DNA of 64,000 bases, taken from Phoronis australis (Eukaryota > Animalia > Phoronida). Under the pieces are notes generated by a model, which saw only the letters and a list, made by a program, of their open reading frames with translations, was not told where the DNA came from and did not search any database. The stretch is taken from positions 209,328 to 273,327 of the forward strand of contig NMRA01000292.1 of NCBI GenBank assembly GCA_002633005.1, given 5' to 3'. Numbering within the stretch: the first letter of the stretch is position 1; every line of letters begins with the position of its first letter. The translations under genes and the position numbers were made by a program. Shown one piece after another: positions 37,504 to 51,652 of the stretch.

Positions 37504-38297
37504 TCGTCACTTTGAATAAAAGGCCAAGTTGACTTTTTTCAAGCCAACCAAACACAGCCAAATGCGGCTTTAAAATACTGAACAGTCAAATCACGTCACT
37601 CAAAATATCTTGACCACAAAGCATGAATAAGATAATGTATGACTAGAGAGCCCCAGACAATCTTCCTCTTAACTAGACAATTTGCATGCATAATTGGACA
37701 TAGTCAGTTGTTAATGACTCAGGCTAATTTTGTGAAGAAGATAATTCAGATAGGACCATCTGTAGTCAACAGACTGTCTTATCTTTCATAGAACTACTTG
37801 AACTTATAATATTGTATTTAAGTACTTATATCTGTGTGCCAAGTTACCTCGAGAGGTTAGCAAGACTTGTCCCTTATTTTCACATGCTTTCCACGCTTTA
37901 CATAAGTTTGTCAAATTTTTACACATTTGCCGCACTAGCATACAATACCTTTACATATTTTACACAATTTACACATAAGCGTGCTAATTTTTACACGGAT
38001 TTCATGCTTTTTCACAGACTGCACATTTTTCTATGCTTTACACACTCAAAAGCATGAAATAGGGCAAAAATTCTCACTTGGGTACTTTGTCCAAGGGTTA
38101 CACCACATGACTGAATATCTTCAGAATAGTCTTCTTTAAGTCGCATCCCATCAAAACTCAAGCTTTTGATTTAGACTGGAGTGCATTTCATAGATACAAG
38201 GCAATAGCTAGTAAAGCTCCTGTGCTCATGTGCTTTGCTTGCAATATATGTCAAGTTCTCACTTCACTTAACCTTGCTCTATATGGAATGGAACCCT

Positions 38298-38510
38298 GTG
38301 GCCCATTCCAAGAAACTGACATGAGTTCATTTCTGACTTAAGTCTTTAAGATTCGCCTCAACTTGAAACTTTGGAATTCCCACATCTGGTAAGTTAGTCA
38401 AAATTAAAACAAAACTTTAGTCAAACAAATTTAAGTTTTATCTTAAAATTGACTGAAATGTGAGATTTTTCACAGCTAAGTCACTACGTTTTCTTGGAAC
38501 AAGGTCTCTG
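38298..38510. mobile_element. MITE with imperfect TIRs
   Basis: ggcccattccaagaaa...tgacttaag at the left; ctaagtca...tttcttggaacaaggtc at the right. Confidence 0.5.
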
Positions 38511-41500
38511 GTCTCAACTAGTCCTTACGCAGGTAGTCTGGGGAAGTCCTGACGACTTATCATATTGCTTGGGACCCGGTTATGAGAGCATAAAATACCC
38601 AGTCTGGTCTAAAACAACAATAAATTGTCAGTTCTGTTTGCGTCCAGAATTCACTTAGAGTTTAAATCAAAGGTTAATATTTTCTTCATGGAAGGCAGGC
38701 TTGTGTGTTCCGGTTATGCAGGACCCTAGAAAAATCCAAATTTGGTTAACTTTGGAAAATAATACCTCAAAAATGGCTGACTGAATTCACTTTCTGATAT
38801 TATGCTTTACACAGTGTTCTCCAAAACATTATTAGGAATCGTTTTAAAATGTTGCAGTTTTGCATGAGAGGCTACCAAAATAGGATGTATATGTTTACGG
38901 TTTGCATGAAAAATTCAAGTTTGCAAAAAACAAAAAATGAAAATTAAAAAACTGTAGAAAAGTTATAAAGATTTCATCGTGCACATTTACATCATACTCA
39001 CATATTTTGCACTCAATGAACCTTATTTTTTGCTAAGCTTTAATAAACAAACATTGTCACAAGCACCCAATTAATCGTAGATTGGAAAAATAAAAAAATC
39101 AAATTCTACAGGCTTTCTAGTTTCCGAGTTAAAATCTGCAGTTTTGTACATATTTGGCTAAATACTACACATGCTGACAAGTTCCCACATAACCAAAGTC
39201 ACAGAGAAAATGAGATCGGTTTCATTGCTTCCAAAAGTTTATTATTTATTATTTATTAATGTAATATTTACAATGAGGGTATTACTGCATGATCTACTGA
39301 AATTTGAGGACATTTTTCTAGTCATACAAAAACATTCATATGATATGTGACAACACCCAAACTGAATCTCTTGTCCTGTACAATTGAAAATGAAGTTTTG
39401 AGTCGGAGCAGTTATGTACAACTCTCAAAAAAAGTTACAGGTACATTCTGTTTCAAGTGGGCTGGATTTCCAAATAAGTGGTCAAAGGGATTCATTTTTA
39501 CCTTAGGAAGGTACCAAGGCCTGAAAATTTGATGGTTGAATGACAATTTCATTTTCCCTAATGAGAGATGGCAATGTAATATCAATCATGAGATGAAAGC
39601 TGTTTTTGCAACATTTTGTTTTGATTGGTTAACCTGAGGCAGTTTTCATTGTACAAATTAAACTTATAAAAACTATCTCAAAACACACCCATATGGCAAC
39701 AGACGCTGAGATCACCACATAGTCTCCTACAAAAATCCAATTAAATCTGATAAATATGAAGGAAATCCCATGGACTTCATTGATCCAAGCTGATGGCAAT
39801 AACAACTATCATAAAAATGTAGACCCTAAACCTACTAAACTTTCCACTGATGGAGTGTCAACAAATTACCTCAATCAATGAATCATTGAAATTCCAACAA
39901 CTGCATGGCATGGCTTGGCTAACCAAAGAAAAGCAGAGAATGTGGGTGACATTTGATACTCAGACTAATGTCTTAATGTCTCTCAAGATGATGCTGATCT
40001 TCATGTACTTGGCATCGCCTACACAAGAGATGGTGTACCACTGAGGACATCAGGAATAAAACAAAGGCTGTCAAAATGAATGAAAGCTGTTCACAAATTG
40101 ACAGCTGAGGCAAACATGCCAAAGGAAATATGAAAAACATCCAACTGTAATTAATTAAAGTGGTTATGTCCCGCCTTCTATCACAAAAAACCCTTTAATT
40201 CAGACGACATATTGCTACGAAATTGGTATCAAACTGTACCTAAGTCAAACTGGAAGTTGAATATCAGGGCTTTGTTCCAAATGAGTGTACATCGTTGTCT
40301 CCTGCGATGACGGTGAAAAACGCGAAAAATTACTTACTAAGAAAGAAGTGTCAATTTGTTATTTGAGACCAGACGGCTTGTCATGGCCTGACATTGCACT
40401 GAGCATTGTATCAACGAGTAACAAACTGTCACTTCTTTGTAAGCCCACAAATTGCTTCTCATCGGAGTTAATTAATTTTATGGTGGTAAGCGGTTTAAAT
40501 CAAAATCTTGCTTCTTCGACCAAACGTGGGTTTATGACCTGCCTTTTGGTTGTAAGTCAATCATCAATTTAAGAGCAGATCATCGATTAAGGAAATTTAA
40601 TCATAACTCAAACCACATACCTATAAAAAATAAATTAGACTGCTTACGGACAACAACTACAAATTTGCCTGGAACTTTCGAGAGATATTTTGATAATTTA
40701 TTTTTCGGAAAAGAACGAAATAACAAAAACAAGCAGGTTACCAGTAACATTAATACACACCATAAAATTACACAAACTCATAACACTGACATAGAAATAC
40801 CCAAACTGTCTGGAGATACGAAAGTTGACCTACTACGGCCAAGTGAATTATTCTCGTTGGAATAATTCCATGTCATTTTGAATACAATTTAAAAACAGTT
40901 AATATAAGCATACTTCCTACTTTACAGGATTATCCACAATGAAATGAAACCACTCACAGTGTAAATGCAAAGGAAAGTAGCGTCACCCTCACATGGGGGG
41001 TGCACCATAGGGGGCTGGGGGAGGAGGGCTATAGCCCCCACTTTTTTCAGTGCTACGCCGCCCATTACACATTTACCTGTATCTAATAATACATTTCCAG
41101 CTAAAATGCAAAATGTTCTTTAACTATGTTCTAGACAATAAAAGCTAGTAATTGAAAAAAGTTCAGCAACAAAGTAAATTCCACACAAACATTCAAATCG
41201 AATTTAGACGATTATTACGATTATTACATAATTACTGATGACGCAGTGAGCACCAAAGTGATAACATAATCATCGTTATGCTTGAGTCATGCAAGAACAA
41301 GACAGGGTGATTAACTTGTCAAATCGAATTAACCAAATAACTGTACAGATTTTCTTAGCTCATATCCTAAATTTCTGAACTGAAATTGTCAACCTGTATT
41401 GTACTATTATGCTTAAATAATCATGCCTATTTGAAATGAGTTTGCTTGCAGAAATGGGGTTCCGGACAACTTTTTTCTGACATGTGGAGGCTCTGCACAT

Positions 41501-43811
41501 AAACGAGTTGAACTTGGTGCAAGATACAAACACTAACAAAAAATTCCAAAGGCATAATCTGAGAAACAATTGATGCCTGTTATTCTGTGCAGAAAACTGG
41601 ATCTCAAAATGTGGGACCCCTGTAACAAGTAAAAGTTAATAAAAATGTGGACGGTTTCCCTGTGTGCAGCATAACTTCAACCTGCACTTGAAAACATGAT
41701 AATCTGAAGATTAAATGATATTTGAAGTAAGAATCAACCAGATCACAACATTCAGAGACTGTTGAAGAATTAGAACAGACAAGATTGTTAGATTCTGGTG
41801 GGAATTCACAGAATCTTGCAGACAGGGAATAACGGGACATGATGTCTGCAGAACAAGTAGCTATGGTCTGATGGTCAAGTACGGTAATTTCATGTAATAG
41901 ACTTTTCGTGTTTTATTAGTTACTCTCAGTTATGACTCACATATCGAGAGTGCACAGCTAGAGTGCCCGTACAGTGGTAAGATGTAACACACTCGCAAGT
42001 CTTCTGGAGATATCGCCGTGCAGTAACAAGGGAAGCACGCGATCCCACTAGCTCTACTAGCAAGATTCTTGCATCAACAGAACTGACGGCTGCTGATACG
42101 ATGATGACAGTTTACATCACTCGCATAATGAGCAGTCATTTACCACTAACTTTGAGTGATAAGAGTAAAAAACTTTTCATTATTCCTTTGTTTAACAGAC
42201 AAAGAATTGGATGACTTACGGTTCAGAGGGAATTCACACAAAAACATCTAACACTAACGTGTTTTATTGTTTCTATGCATTTCTGTGTTCTGATTAATTT
42301 AGACAAATGAGCATCAGATGTACCAACTCGGCGAATTCATTAGTCAAGTGCCGAGATTTCATCCTTGTAGGACAAATAAATTCCTATCTTGCCAGAAAGA
42401 AACCAAGTGTACCAAAAGTCTCCTGTTGTCATTAAAACTCAATTCTCAGCATCATCTTAACATCACACCTGCTATATGATAAGTCCCATAGATCATGCCA
42501 CAGAGTAACTTAACCTAGTGTGCGGTCATGGAACTAGACTATTTCCAGTCATATTGCTTTAGGAACATAAAATGATGAATCCTCCAACCCAACTTACTGA
42601 CCCTGGTCTCACTAGCAACATTGAAACATTAGTTTTTCCCAACCTCAGAAATACATTTTGCAAAGGACAAGTAAAGGACAAGTTGAGACCAAGTTTTTTA
42701 TCATGTCCACACTCAAATTTGGTTTGAAAATAATCATGTGTGTTATTAGTCCCTAACATATGTGTCCTTCAAGTAAAATGAGGAGACCGGCATCAATGTA
42801 AAGAAACGGTGCATGGGGCTGCGGGTAAAAGTTTTGCCTTTTGGTTATAAGAGCTGCAGGGAACAGCAGGTCCTTTAATAATTTTCTCATTTTAGACTTG
42901 GAGGGGGTAACTAGTGCGCATAGTGGCTTAGAATTTTGCAGACAACTGTAAATCACCCATGCTGTTCACACACAATAGGCGTTTTAAAATTGATATGCAT
43001 GGTTAAGGGAAATAGTTCTTTGTGAGCCCTGCTCTTAGTCATACGACTGTCCCAGTTCTGCAGTTGGACTGTAAGTGAACACAGCTTAACAAAGTGTTTA
43101 TGATCCAGGGTGAGAAGGTAGTTGCTTTATTACCCCATATGGGTTTCGAATAGCCCAGCCTGGAATGTGCACCCCAGGGGCATTTATGTGTTCTGAGACT
43201 TGAGCCCTTTGTAATTACATTATGTCATTGTCACAAAAACTTAACCAAATTGTATCTCTGCCAAATCCTTTCACATTAGCACACAAAACCTCCTAATTCA
43301 TGAAATTTCACATTTAACTGAAGCTGTTTTTAAGGGAAAACAATTCCTATCATAGGTGCGCTACAACTTCACCACACACAGCGAAAACTCTTCACCACAG
43401 ATAAAAACCCTTACCACAGAACCTGAACTCCAACCACATTCAGACACCTTTACCACAATCACCTTTCAATGCAAGAGATTGAAGTGGGTGACCCATTTCC
43501 CATTTGTCTGTAGTACGATTGCCTACAGTAAGCATGACAAGAATCCAGGCTCCATGGTAAAGGGGCTTTGGGGGGTTTGTGCATGGTAAGAGCTATTATT
43601 GTACGTGGAAAAAGTAAAAGCTGGTTTTCACCCCTAGATTTTATTGCACGTGGTTTAAAGGCCAACCTTTGACTTTTAGTTTCTCTATTTAATGCCCTGG
43701 GCGTTATCTGAAACTTGTGTGGTCATATCAAAAGTTATTTTTTGATAGTAGCAAACCATATTGTGTGGCCAAACCAGTGTTATAATGGACATGCAATAAA
43801 CAATTACTCAC

Positions 43812-43900
43812 CTGAAGTAGATTGTCATATAGGGGCCAGTGGAAGAGATAACAGGAGGTGGTCGTGTGCCACACAAGCCCCCATTGCCCCCTGCTTCAGC
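43812..43900 (-). CDS. CUB-LDLa-TM protein, CUB middle exon (not in the ORF track)
   Basis: Acceptor ttgttgtag|GCT, donor AG|gtgagt, 89 bp, phase 0-2. Translation AEAGGNGGLCGTRPPPVISSTGPYMTIYFR matches the CUB 'LCG...P..I.S.G..M.I.F' motif. Confidence 0.9.
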
Positions 43901-46046
43901 CTACAACAAAAATACACAAAGACAACATAAAATTACCATACTACAAAGCGGTCATTTGCACAACAGTTGCTGAGGCCTTCTTCTACAGGGTTTCCAGGTG
44001 TGTCCAAATGGACATCCTGACTCAAAGTTAAAAACCCTAGCTGGAATGATACCCTGCTCAGTGTTAGGACGCCCAAGTAAAGTATGCTAGTAAGCATGCC
44101 TGTCTATTTTCACTTACCACCAACAGCTCTGGAAGCTCACTGGCATGTCCACAATAAAAAAGTTGGTTTACAAATGATGCATGATATAAAAAATATTTCA
44201 GAAACATGTTGCCATAGTAACATAGCACACTATAACAGCAATTTGGCTATAGATCATAAATCGTAGTCATACATCATTGGGCATAGAAGCCCTGAGAAAC
44301 TGGGTAACCCATTTTGGACATCCTCTAGTTTTGAAATCCTGGATGAACTCCTGTTGCAAACAATGGCATCTCAGGTTGGATCTGCTCAGAAATCACTTAA
44401 AGCACATCATTTAAGGGAACTTTAGAACACCAGCGCTCACCCTTAAGGTGCCTGTTCTGCCGTTCATCAGTTTTAATTCACCATTTGAATGAGTTTCATT
44501 AAAAATCAAGTAATGTCAAATATGCATCATTTTTACAGAACAGTATTCTGTTTGCTCTTGTGATACATTACATGATTTACACAAAAGACAAAAAGAAAAA
44601 GTCTCAATCCTAAAACTTAATAAAACAATGCTGAATCCTATGAATTTACTCAGACACTCCAATACTTCGTGTTTCTAAAACCCTATTTTTCATACGCTCT
44701 GAACACCTCAAATCTTCAAATTACTTCCTTCATTAAAGCTATGGATATTTATTAACAAAGTCTATAACAAACTGATTTTGAAGCCCGAAATCCATGAACA
44801 ACACGAAGTATAACATTAATAACAAGTATCGTACTTTTGGATTATTAAATCAATAGAAAATATCCAAAACTCACAATCAGACATTTACAAATTACTGTCT
44901 TTAACTAATGAAATCTATGACTAGAGCTTTGCCTTAGGACAGCAAGTGAAGATCAATAGTATAAAATACACGCAGCAGGAAGGCTTCTTAGATTTACAAC
45001 ACTTTATATAAGAACAAGAATATATTAATTTCAACATACTACATTCTTTAAAGTCTCTACAAAGTATGTTTCAGAGTTAAAGACGGCTTTCTTCTTGGGT
45101 GTTTTGCTCTCACTAAGCAATGTCATAGTGTTCATAATCCTGTCATCAAACAGAATTTGAAAAATGAATGAGACAATAAGTTCTTTGTCTTTGAATTTGA
45201 ACCAGAAACTTCATCCTAATTATAGCAAGAAATGCGTTGCTGATCAAGAACAGTTACTACGACCAAAAACAGAAATATTATTCCTTCTCTAAAACTCTAC
45301 AGGAAACGTAGAAAAAAAATTTCATGTGCTAACTGCTACATCCAAAACCTTTTATATTAACACACAATTATAACCTATCAAACAGATGTAACACTGTAAA
45401 ATGTCCATTTTTCAAGTGCTTCTAAAATTGTTGAGGATGGCCACACTGTAGCCGTGGTACAGAGCTTGAACATAGAAAAGTATTACTTGGGGTCAGGCAC
45501 GTCTTTCATGGAAAAACTGATAAAACAGAATTTCACAAGTCGACCAAATTGTGTCCTAAATTGGTGAGAGTTTACCGCAACTCGTGTTTGTCTGAACCAG
45601 CGAATCACCAGTTTATGAAGATTCCTTGGTTTCAAACAATGATTTTTATTATGATAATGACCTTAAACTTGGATCTTTTAAATAAGACATCAGAGCAGTA
45701 TAGTAAAACTTCCTAAATTCGAGACATTAAAAAATGTACAACAGGTAAATGGTGAAACAAATGAAAGCCTGACTGAGCCAATAAATATGCACATTAATGG
45801 GATAAGATTCAATGGTCCAAATTGAAGGGATCGTCCTTAATGTTTGGGGACGATGGCCTACCGCTCAACTTTCATTCACACAGTCACTATGATTGAAGTC
45901 CTGCAAGATTTTACATCGGTGCAAGCTTGAGAAACGGTATTCGGTATTTTCGGCAATTGGACAAAAATGAGCTTGCAGCCATGTAACAAAGTTTAAAATA
46001 CTATTAGCACTGGCCAGGAAAACAGAGAATTCCAAAATTCACTTAC

Positions 46047-46297
46047 AATGGCAGCCGTTAAAATATTTCGAGAATCGTAGATATACAGTGCATCGTTGCA
46101 TATTGAGTTAAAAGTAACGTCAGGGATGTCAATGTATTCCAGTCTTGCCATCAACTTCCAGTCATCATTCTCAGCTTTCATTGTAATCCGGCACTCGATT
46201 TTATGGCTGTAGTCAAAACCATTCTTGGAATTGTGAGAGTAGATTGTGGCGCCACCTAAGTACTTCGTATTGCCGCAATCGGCACCATCCATGTAAT
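46047..46297 (-). CDS. CUB-LDLa-TM protein, CUB N-terminal exon (upstream exon(s) not located)
   Basis: Acceptor attgcag|AT, donor ATT|gtaagt, 251 bp, phase 1-0. YMDGADCG...DYSHKIECRITM...IDIPD...ICNDALYIYD is the first half of a CUB domain. Confidence 0.9.
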
Positions 46298-47123
46298 CTG
46301 CAATGATTAAGAAGAAATTAATCAAGAAGGAAATTTCCTCACTGTCGATGTAATGGGATTTGTACTGAGTGAGAAAACAGCCACGCCCCGTAACCGATTC
46401 AGTTGGATTACGGTAATTTTTCATTTACTTAGCACACCACACAATATGGCCGACAAGTGAAATTCTTTTTTGTCAAATTTATTAACAAAAATTATTGAAG
46501 ACAACTTTAGTCCATTATTTAAAGCATAGTTTGTACTTAGTAAATGTCATAAAAGAACTTTTTGGTAAATTTCCATTACATGAAGTATAGTAAACAGCTT
46601 CAGAAAAATGGAAGACATTTTTGGCAATTACTTTTGTGCAAAATAAGTAAAGAATCACTGCATTGTCCTAGTATTATTAGCTTCAGGCTGTAACAAGTGT
46701 CCATTAGATTCAATGGCTAGGGATGGGGAACAGGGGTTCCAGACACCATTGCTTAGCTAGGTATGTATTGATGCTACAAACAGTGCCCCCTGTAACACTG
46801 AACCCATTGTCAAAGCAGCTCTTGTCTTGATTCTAGATCTGAGCTTACTAGCCAGAAAGTCATTGACTGGTAGTTAAACTGTGCACACACTGCCCCTAGC
46901 ATTCAACCAAAGACTTTCAATATCATTCAGCTTCGTGTTAAAAATATTGCTATGAGCAAATTTACAGAGACACTACCCACCCCAGTTTCAGCATTTGGAA
47001 AAAATTTACTGTATTTCCTGCAAAACTTTATTACCATGGAGCACAATACAAATGATCGCTAGGATACACACATCTCTCAGATAAAGTCTGCTAGTTAATG
47101 TTAACAAACTGGTCCCACTATAG

Positions 47124-47478
47124 TGCCATTTACACTTACAAAGTTGACACGGATCAGCTGACACGGAACAAGTTGTTCCAACGTGTAAATGGACTGACAC
47201 GGTGCAAATTGACACCGCGGTGACAAATTTTTGCCACCCCTTTATGAGGTAGAGTAATTTGTGCCCGAACATCTTGCGCCGTGTCAATTATAAGTCTAAA
47301 AGCAAAACTGGAGTAAGGCGGAAAGGATCGTCTCCAGTGCGCTTGCCTAATGACCTACATACGGGTTCTTTGTCTCTGCAACTCGCGTCATTTGTAAACA
47401 TGCGGATGTGCGATCCAGTCTCTCCAGCCTTTAATTTCCATCTTGCCACGGTTAGTGAGTTGTGTGTGTAAATGGCTG
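47124..47478. mobile_element. Degenerate MITE with GCCATTTACAC...GTGTAAATGGC ends and TGACACGG subrepeats
   Basis: 11-bp TIR plus several tgacacgg/ccgtgtca motifs. Confidence 0.55.
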
Positions 47479-48682
47479 CTTGACACGGGTCAATTTGCTT
47501 GTGTCAGTTGTGAGGGGCCAAAAGTTGATGTCTAAATGGGACTTATGTGTCTCACAACTGTTTCCAAACCAATGAGTATTCAAACTTTGTGTTAGATAAC
47601 TGGTGGCAGGCCTGTAAGAGCTGTCAAACTGGTGGAATGTCTTAATACAGACCAGATGATGAAGATTAGCATTATCCACACCAATGGAGTCTAGAAACCA
47701 TAGCTAAGCAATTATAAAGATATTCCCTTTCTATAATGCTGTCCACACAGCCAGTTACCTTAAAGCAAGTTACTCCTGGTGCAAACAGGATTAGACACCT
47801 ATGCATGTAAATTAGCAACTGCAAAGCTGGTAATTACTTGCCCCCATGTTCGCAGGTTTACTGCCCACAGCTTTTCGATTTTGCTGGGCCAAGTCACCCT
47901 ATAACAAATTACTTTACCTCGATAAGGTTGAGGAAGATGTCTGTCAAGTTGCAACAGTGCAAATACGACCATAGAGTACACAGCACTGCTCAACTTAGTG
48001 GGACTCATTGCAGGACTGACTTGTTCCAGGTAAACTCATAGTGTGGACTGCACCTTATCGAGTTAGGGTGGTAACTAGTTCTAGGTAACTTGCTCCAGTG
48101 CATGTCCTGTGGTGTAGACAAACACATGCGTGTCTAATCCTTTTTACTCCATATTTGTTGCCAGGTATACTCAGGTGTGTTGTGTGAATGCTCTGCTGAC
48201 TGGATACAGGCTGGGACAAGTTATCCTATGCTTAACTCATAAAGTAGAAATGACTTATGCAACATCGTATCACTCACAACTGACCATCACAATTAAACAA
48301 GGTAATTGCAAAAGGCAACTGATTAGATATGAAATTTGTCTCAACTGGTACATTAAAATCATACCAATTTCGGACAAAATCATTGTCAAAATTACCTTGT
48401 TGTCATTTTTCAAGGTCTTCTTGCATTACTTTCAGCTAAGGAATCTGTCTTTGAAACATTACAGTTTTGGCGGTTATTATTTTGAAAATCAGTAAGAATC
48501 ATCATAGTCTAACTCAAAAGTGAGTCATTTCAAAAAGGATGTTATGAAATTGTGCTTCTAAAACAATGTCCTTCTTCTCTTATCTTTTTAGAAGTGAAAG
48601 TATTGATAATAAACAGCCTGACATACAGATGTAAATCTCCAAGTGAGTATCCCATCTGACAGACATGCTGCTTTCCAAACAC

Positions 48683-48761
48683 AGAGAGAGAGAGGGATAG
48701 AGAGAGAGAGAGAGAGAGAGGGGGGGGTGGGGGGAGGGGGAGGGAGAGGGAGAAGGAGAGG
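48683..48761. repeat. (GA)n plus G-run polypurine tract
   Basis: Read directly from the sequence. Confidence 0.9.
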
Positions 48762-49749
48762 CATTTTACGCAGTAAGTCGTCACAGTCATAAGCTGGTAT
48801 CAATATTCTTGGAATCAAAAACCGCCAAAGGGATTGGGGATTGAGGCTACACTGGTAATTAAATAAAATAAAATCAGGATATAAGTACAACATTACCAAG
48901 GCCACACATACCATCCCCGGACATCAAAAGTAAATGTAAAAATGACAAATACTACATCAACAGGAAGATAATGGTAAACTACTTCAACTTTAAGACTAAA
49001 ATACTAAGACTAAAATATTACTTAAGTCAACATTCTCCTATTAATCAAAAGCTTATTACAATAATGCAACTGATAAAAACATTCTTCAATGAAAACTGTA
49101 CCATACACCACATCATGTTAACAACAAAAAAATTTCTAACAGTTAATTTCAGACAAACTTGTCATATGGTTTCCTATACATAATTTTTGCCTTAAGCAAA
49201 AATTCACTAGATTATCTAAACTATCTTGCACTAGACTGACACTTGTGTAATAACCAGCCTTCCCATCACCACCCCTCATTAACCTTAATTTAAACCAATA
49301 CACAGGTAACTAGCATTGAGTACAGTAACCTCCAGGCCAAGTCAAAATACACACAGACTGTTGTCATATGCAGGAGGTGGGTAACTGGAGGACCATAGGA
49401 AAACAACATAGCCTTCTACACTTGTCACAAAACCACAAACACTACTGCCAAACCACAAGGCCTTATCCAGCCCACAATGCTACTAGTAAACTATATCACA
49501 AAGCAGGGGCAATTGGTTATGCTGGTCAATATACCAGTGCAATGCCTCATCAGGTTCAGGCAACGACAATTAAAAAAAAATACCTTTTTCATTTCTCAAA
49601 CGCTTCCATCATGGTTGTGAATGCCCACAATTTCTCAAGACATTGTCTGATGGTGGTTGTGAGAATTGACAAAATTATAATGTATTCATTCGTGGCACTT
49701 AGCTTTTATGAAAAAAAACAATATTTCTCACGGGTAATGAATGGTGTGG

Positions 49750-49832
49750 TATAACGTGCCCGAATTTTGAGAACCAGTATTCCCCACTAAATAACGGCAT
49801 CAAACTGGTTGTCAAAATGCGGGCACGTTATA
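49750..49832. mobile_element. MITE family A-related hairpin element
   Basis: tataacgtgcccgaattttgagaaccagt pairs with actggttgtcaaaatgcgggcacgttata. Confidence 0.7.
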
Positions 49833-51504
49833 TCAGACTATTGCCTTTCTCATGCCTGTCATATTGTGTCCTAAATTGGTGAGACTTTACTGTACCGAAG
49901 ACTCTGTAGAACTTACAATGCCACTCCACCAAGGCCAGACTGTAATGGAATCAGACATAAGCTTTAATCTTTCCTACTCCAAGGACAATTGTCAGTGGAA
50001 TTCAAATCTTACACGGGTTCATGTACCCGGCTATTTTTGTCTTGATCCTGGAGGGAGGGAGGGGATGAGGGGTTGGTAGGGCTGTAACTTAGGTGTGGAT
50101 AATTCTATTTCAGGTATCCACAAAACTACTGCCAGTTTCAGCACAACATAGTCCCTTTGCCTACCCTTCCTAGAAAGGCTCTTAATCTAAGATTACATCC
50201 AAGTGTAAACCACCAGATGGGCCCAGACAGGCGACATATAGGATATGGAGTTTCCTGAAATTAAAGTGGCAACAAACCCGCCTGATCTCTTTTTGATTTA
50301 GATCACTTACTGCTGTTAAGTTGATCTTAACTCTTTCCTTACACAGATGAGAAGTGATTTCTTGGTGTTGCAAAAATTGCAATTTGTTATTGCTCAGAGA
50401 CCATGCTGGGAAAATGAAATGACACACCTTAACAAGTCAATTTTAAGAGCTAGGTGTTAGCAGAATAACAGAATTTTAGTTCTTTTCCAAACCCAGAAAT
50501 AACGCTTGTTTTAACGAGTGGACAATTTGAAGCCAGCATCACACAGATAAGTGGTCTAAATGATTTTTTTATGGGGTAAGACAGGTTTATCGCCCCTTTA
50601 AGGCATAACAATTCAAAAACTGAGCTTGCACATTAGGAGCACAGGATTATGCCATTAGATGTACAACTGTCTCAACCAACAATGACAAGTTTTGTAGGAA
50701 AGGGTCACACGGTGCAATGGAACAAGATGATGTAGAATACCTAAGTCAGGATTTAATAATGACACTTATATTCAGAGTTCTACATCATAGAAAATTGAAT
50801 CTCAACGGAAATAACAAATCTTATGAAAATATTCGAAAGTCTGTGTCTATACTTTAGGGAGTTTATCTATGCTACGCCTTAGAACACATACCATTGAACT
50901 GGTCCCAAAAGTCTAAAATGTCTTAACGCTAATTCGGTTTAGAAAAAAATCTTCCAAAAGTTCAAACACGTTTCATAGACTTCCCAACTGAACTTAAGTA
51001 AGCCAAACTTGTCAAGGTGGAATTCAAACTGGTTGCTGCCAGCAGTCAAAACAGGTTGTGGGTAATATTGATATTTCCTGGTATGGGTTGGCCTTTTTTA
51101 ATTGAGTGTCAGACATGTCGGGCGGTTTTCAGAATTGATAAAATATAGAGGACAATTACCAGTAGGCCAAAACAAGACATTGTATAGCACATGTGAATTA
51201 TCAAACAACAAGGGAATAACGGAGCATTATTAACAAACGGGTGACAGCCTATTTTCAATACACTTATGCAACTTTTTTAAAAAATAAGAAAAGTGAAGTG
51301 TTCTTACTCAGACTTTTTCTTCACTATCGTCATAGTTTCGTAAAGTTTCTTAGTGTTGACACAAAATTGATATAGTTGTCATTTTCAATTTTAACTACAA
51401 CTGCCAAAATGCTTTGAATTTCACTAATAGTTATCATCACTGCTATTAACTGAGGATAATTAAGTCAAAAGAAGTGAAAACCTGGTTCTAATACTCATTC
51501 AAGA

Positions 51505-51652
51505 ATAGGTGGCGCAGCACTGGAATAATTGGGTGGCTATAGCCCCTCAGACCCCTATCGGGTGCCTTTCCCATGTCCATGGGCGGCGCAGCACTGAAAT
51601 AAGTGGGGGATTATAGTCCCCTCAGACCCCCCTATCAGGTGTGCCGCCCATG
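51505..51652. mobile_element. Two tandem copies of MITE family B
   Basis: ggcgcagcactg.aataa.tggg.gg.tatag.cccctcagacccc..tatc.ggtg occurs twice; the second copy has full CATGGGCGGC/GCCGCCCATG ends. Confidence 0.7.

Noticed and set aside
49917-49939. 23-nt minus-strand micro-exon (LALVEWH) upstream of the CUB exon
   Set aside because: ag/gtaagt flanks and phase fit, but it is short enough to be chance and abuts a MITE end; needs RNA evidence.
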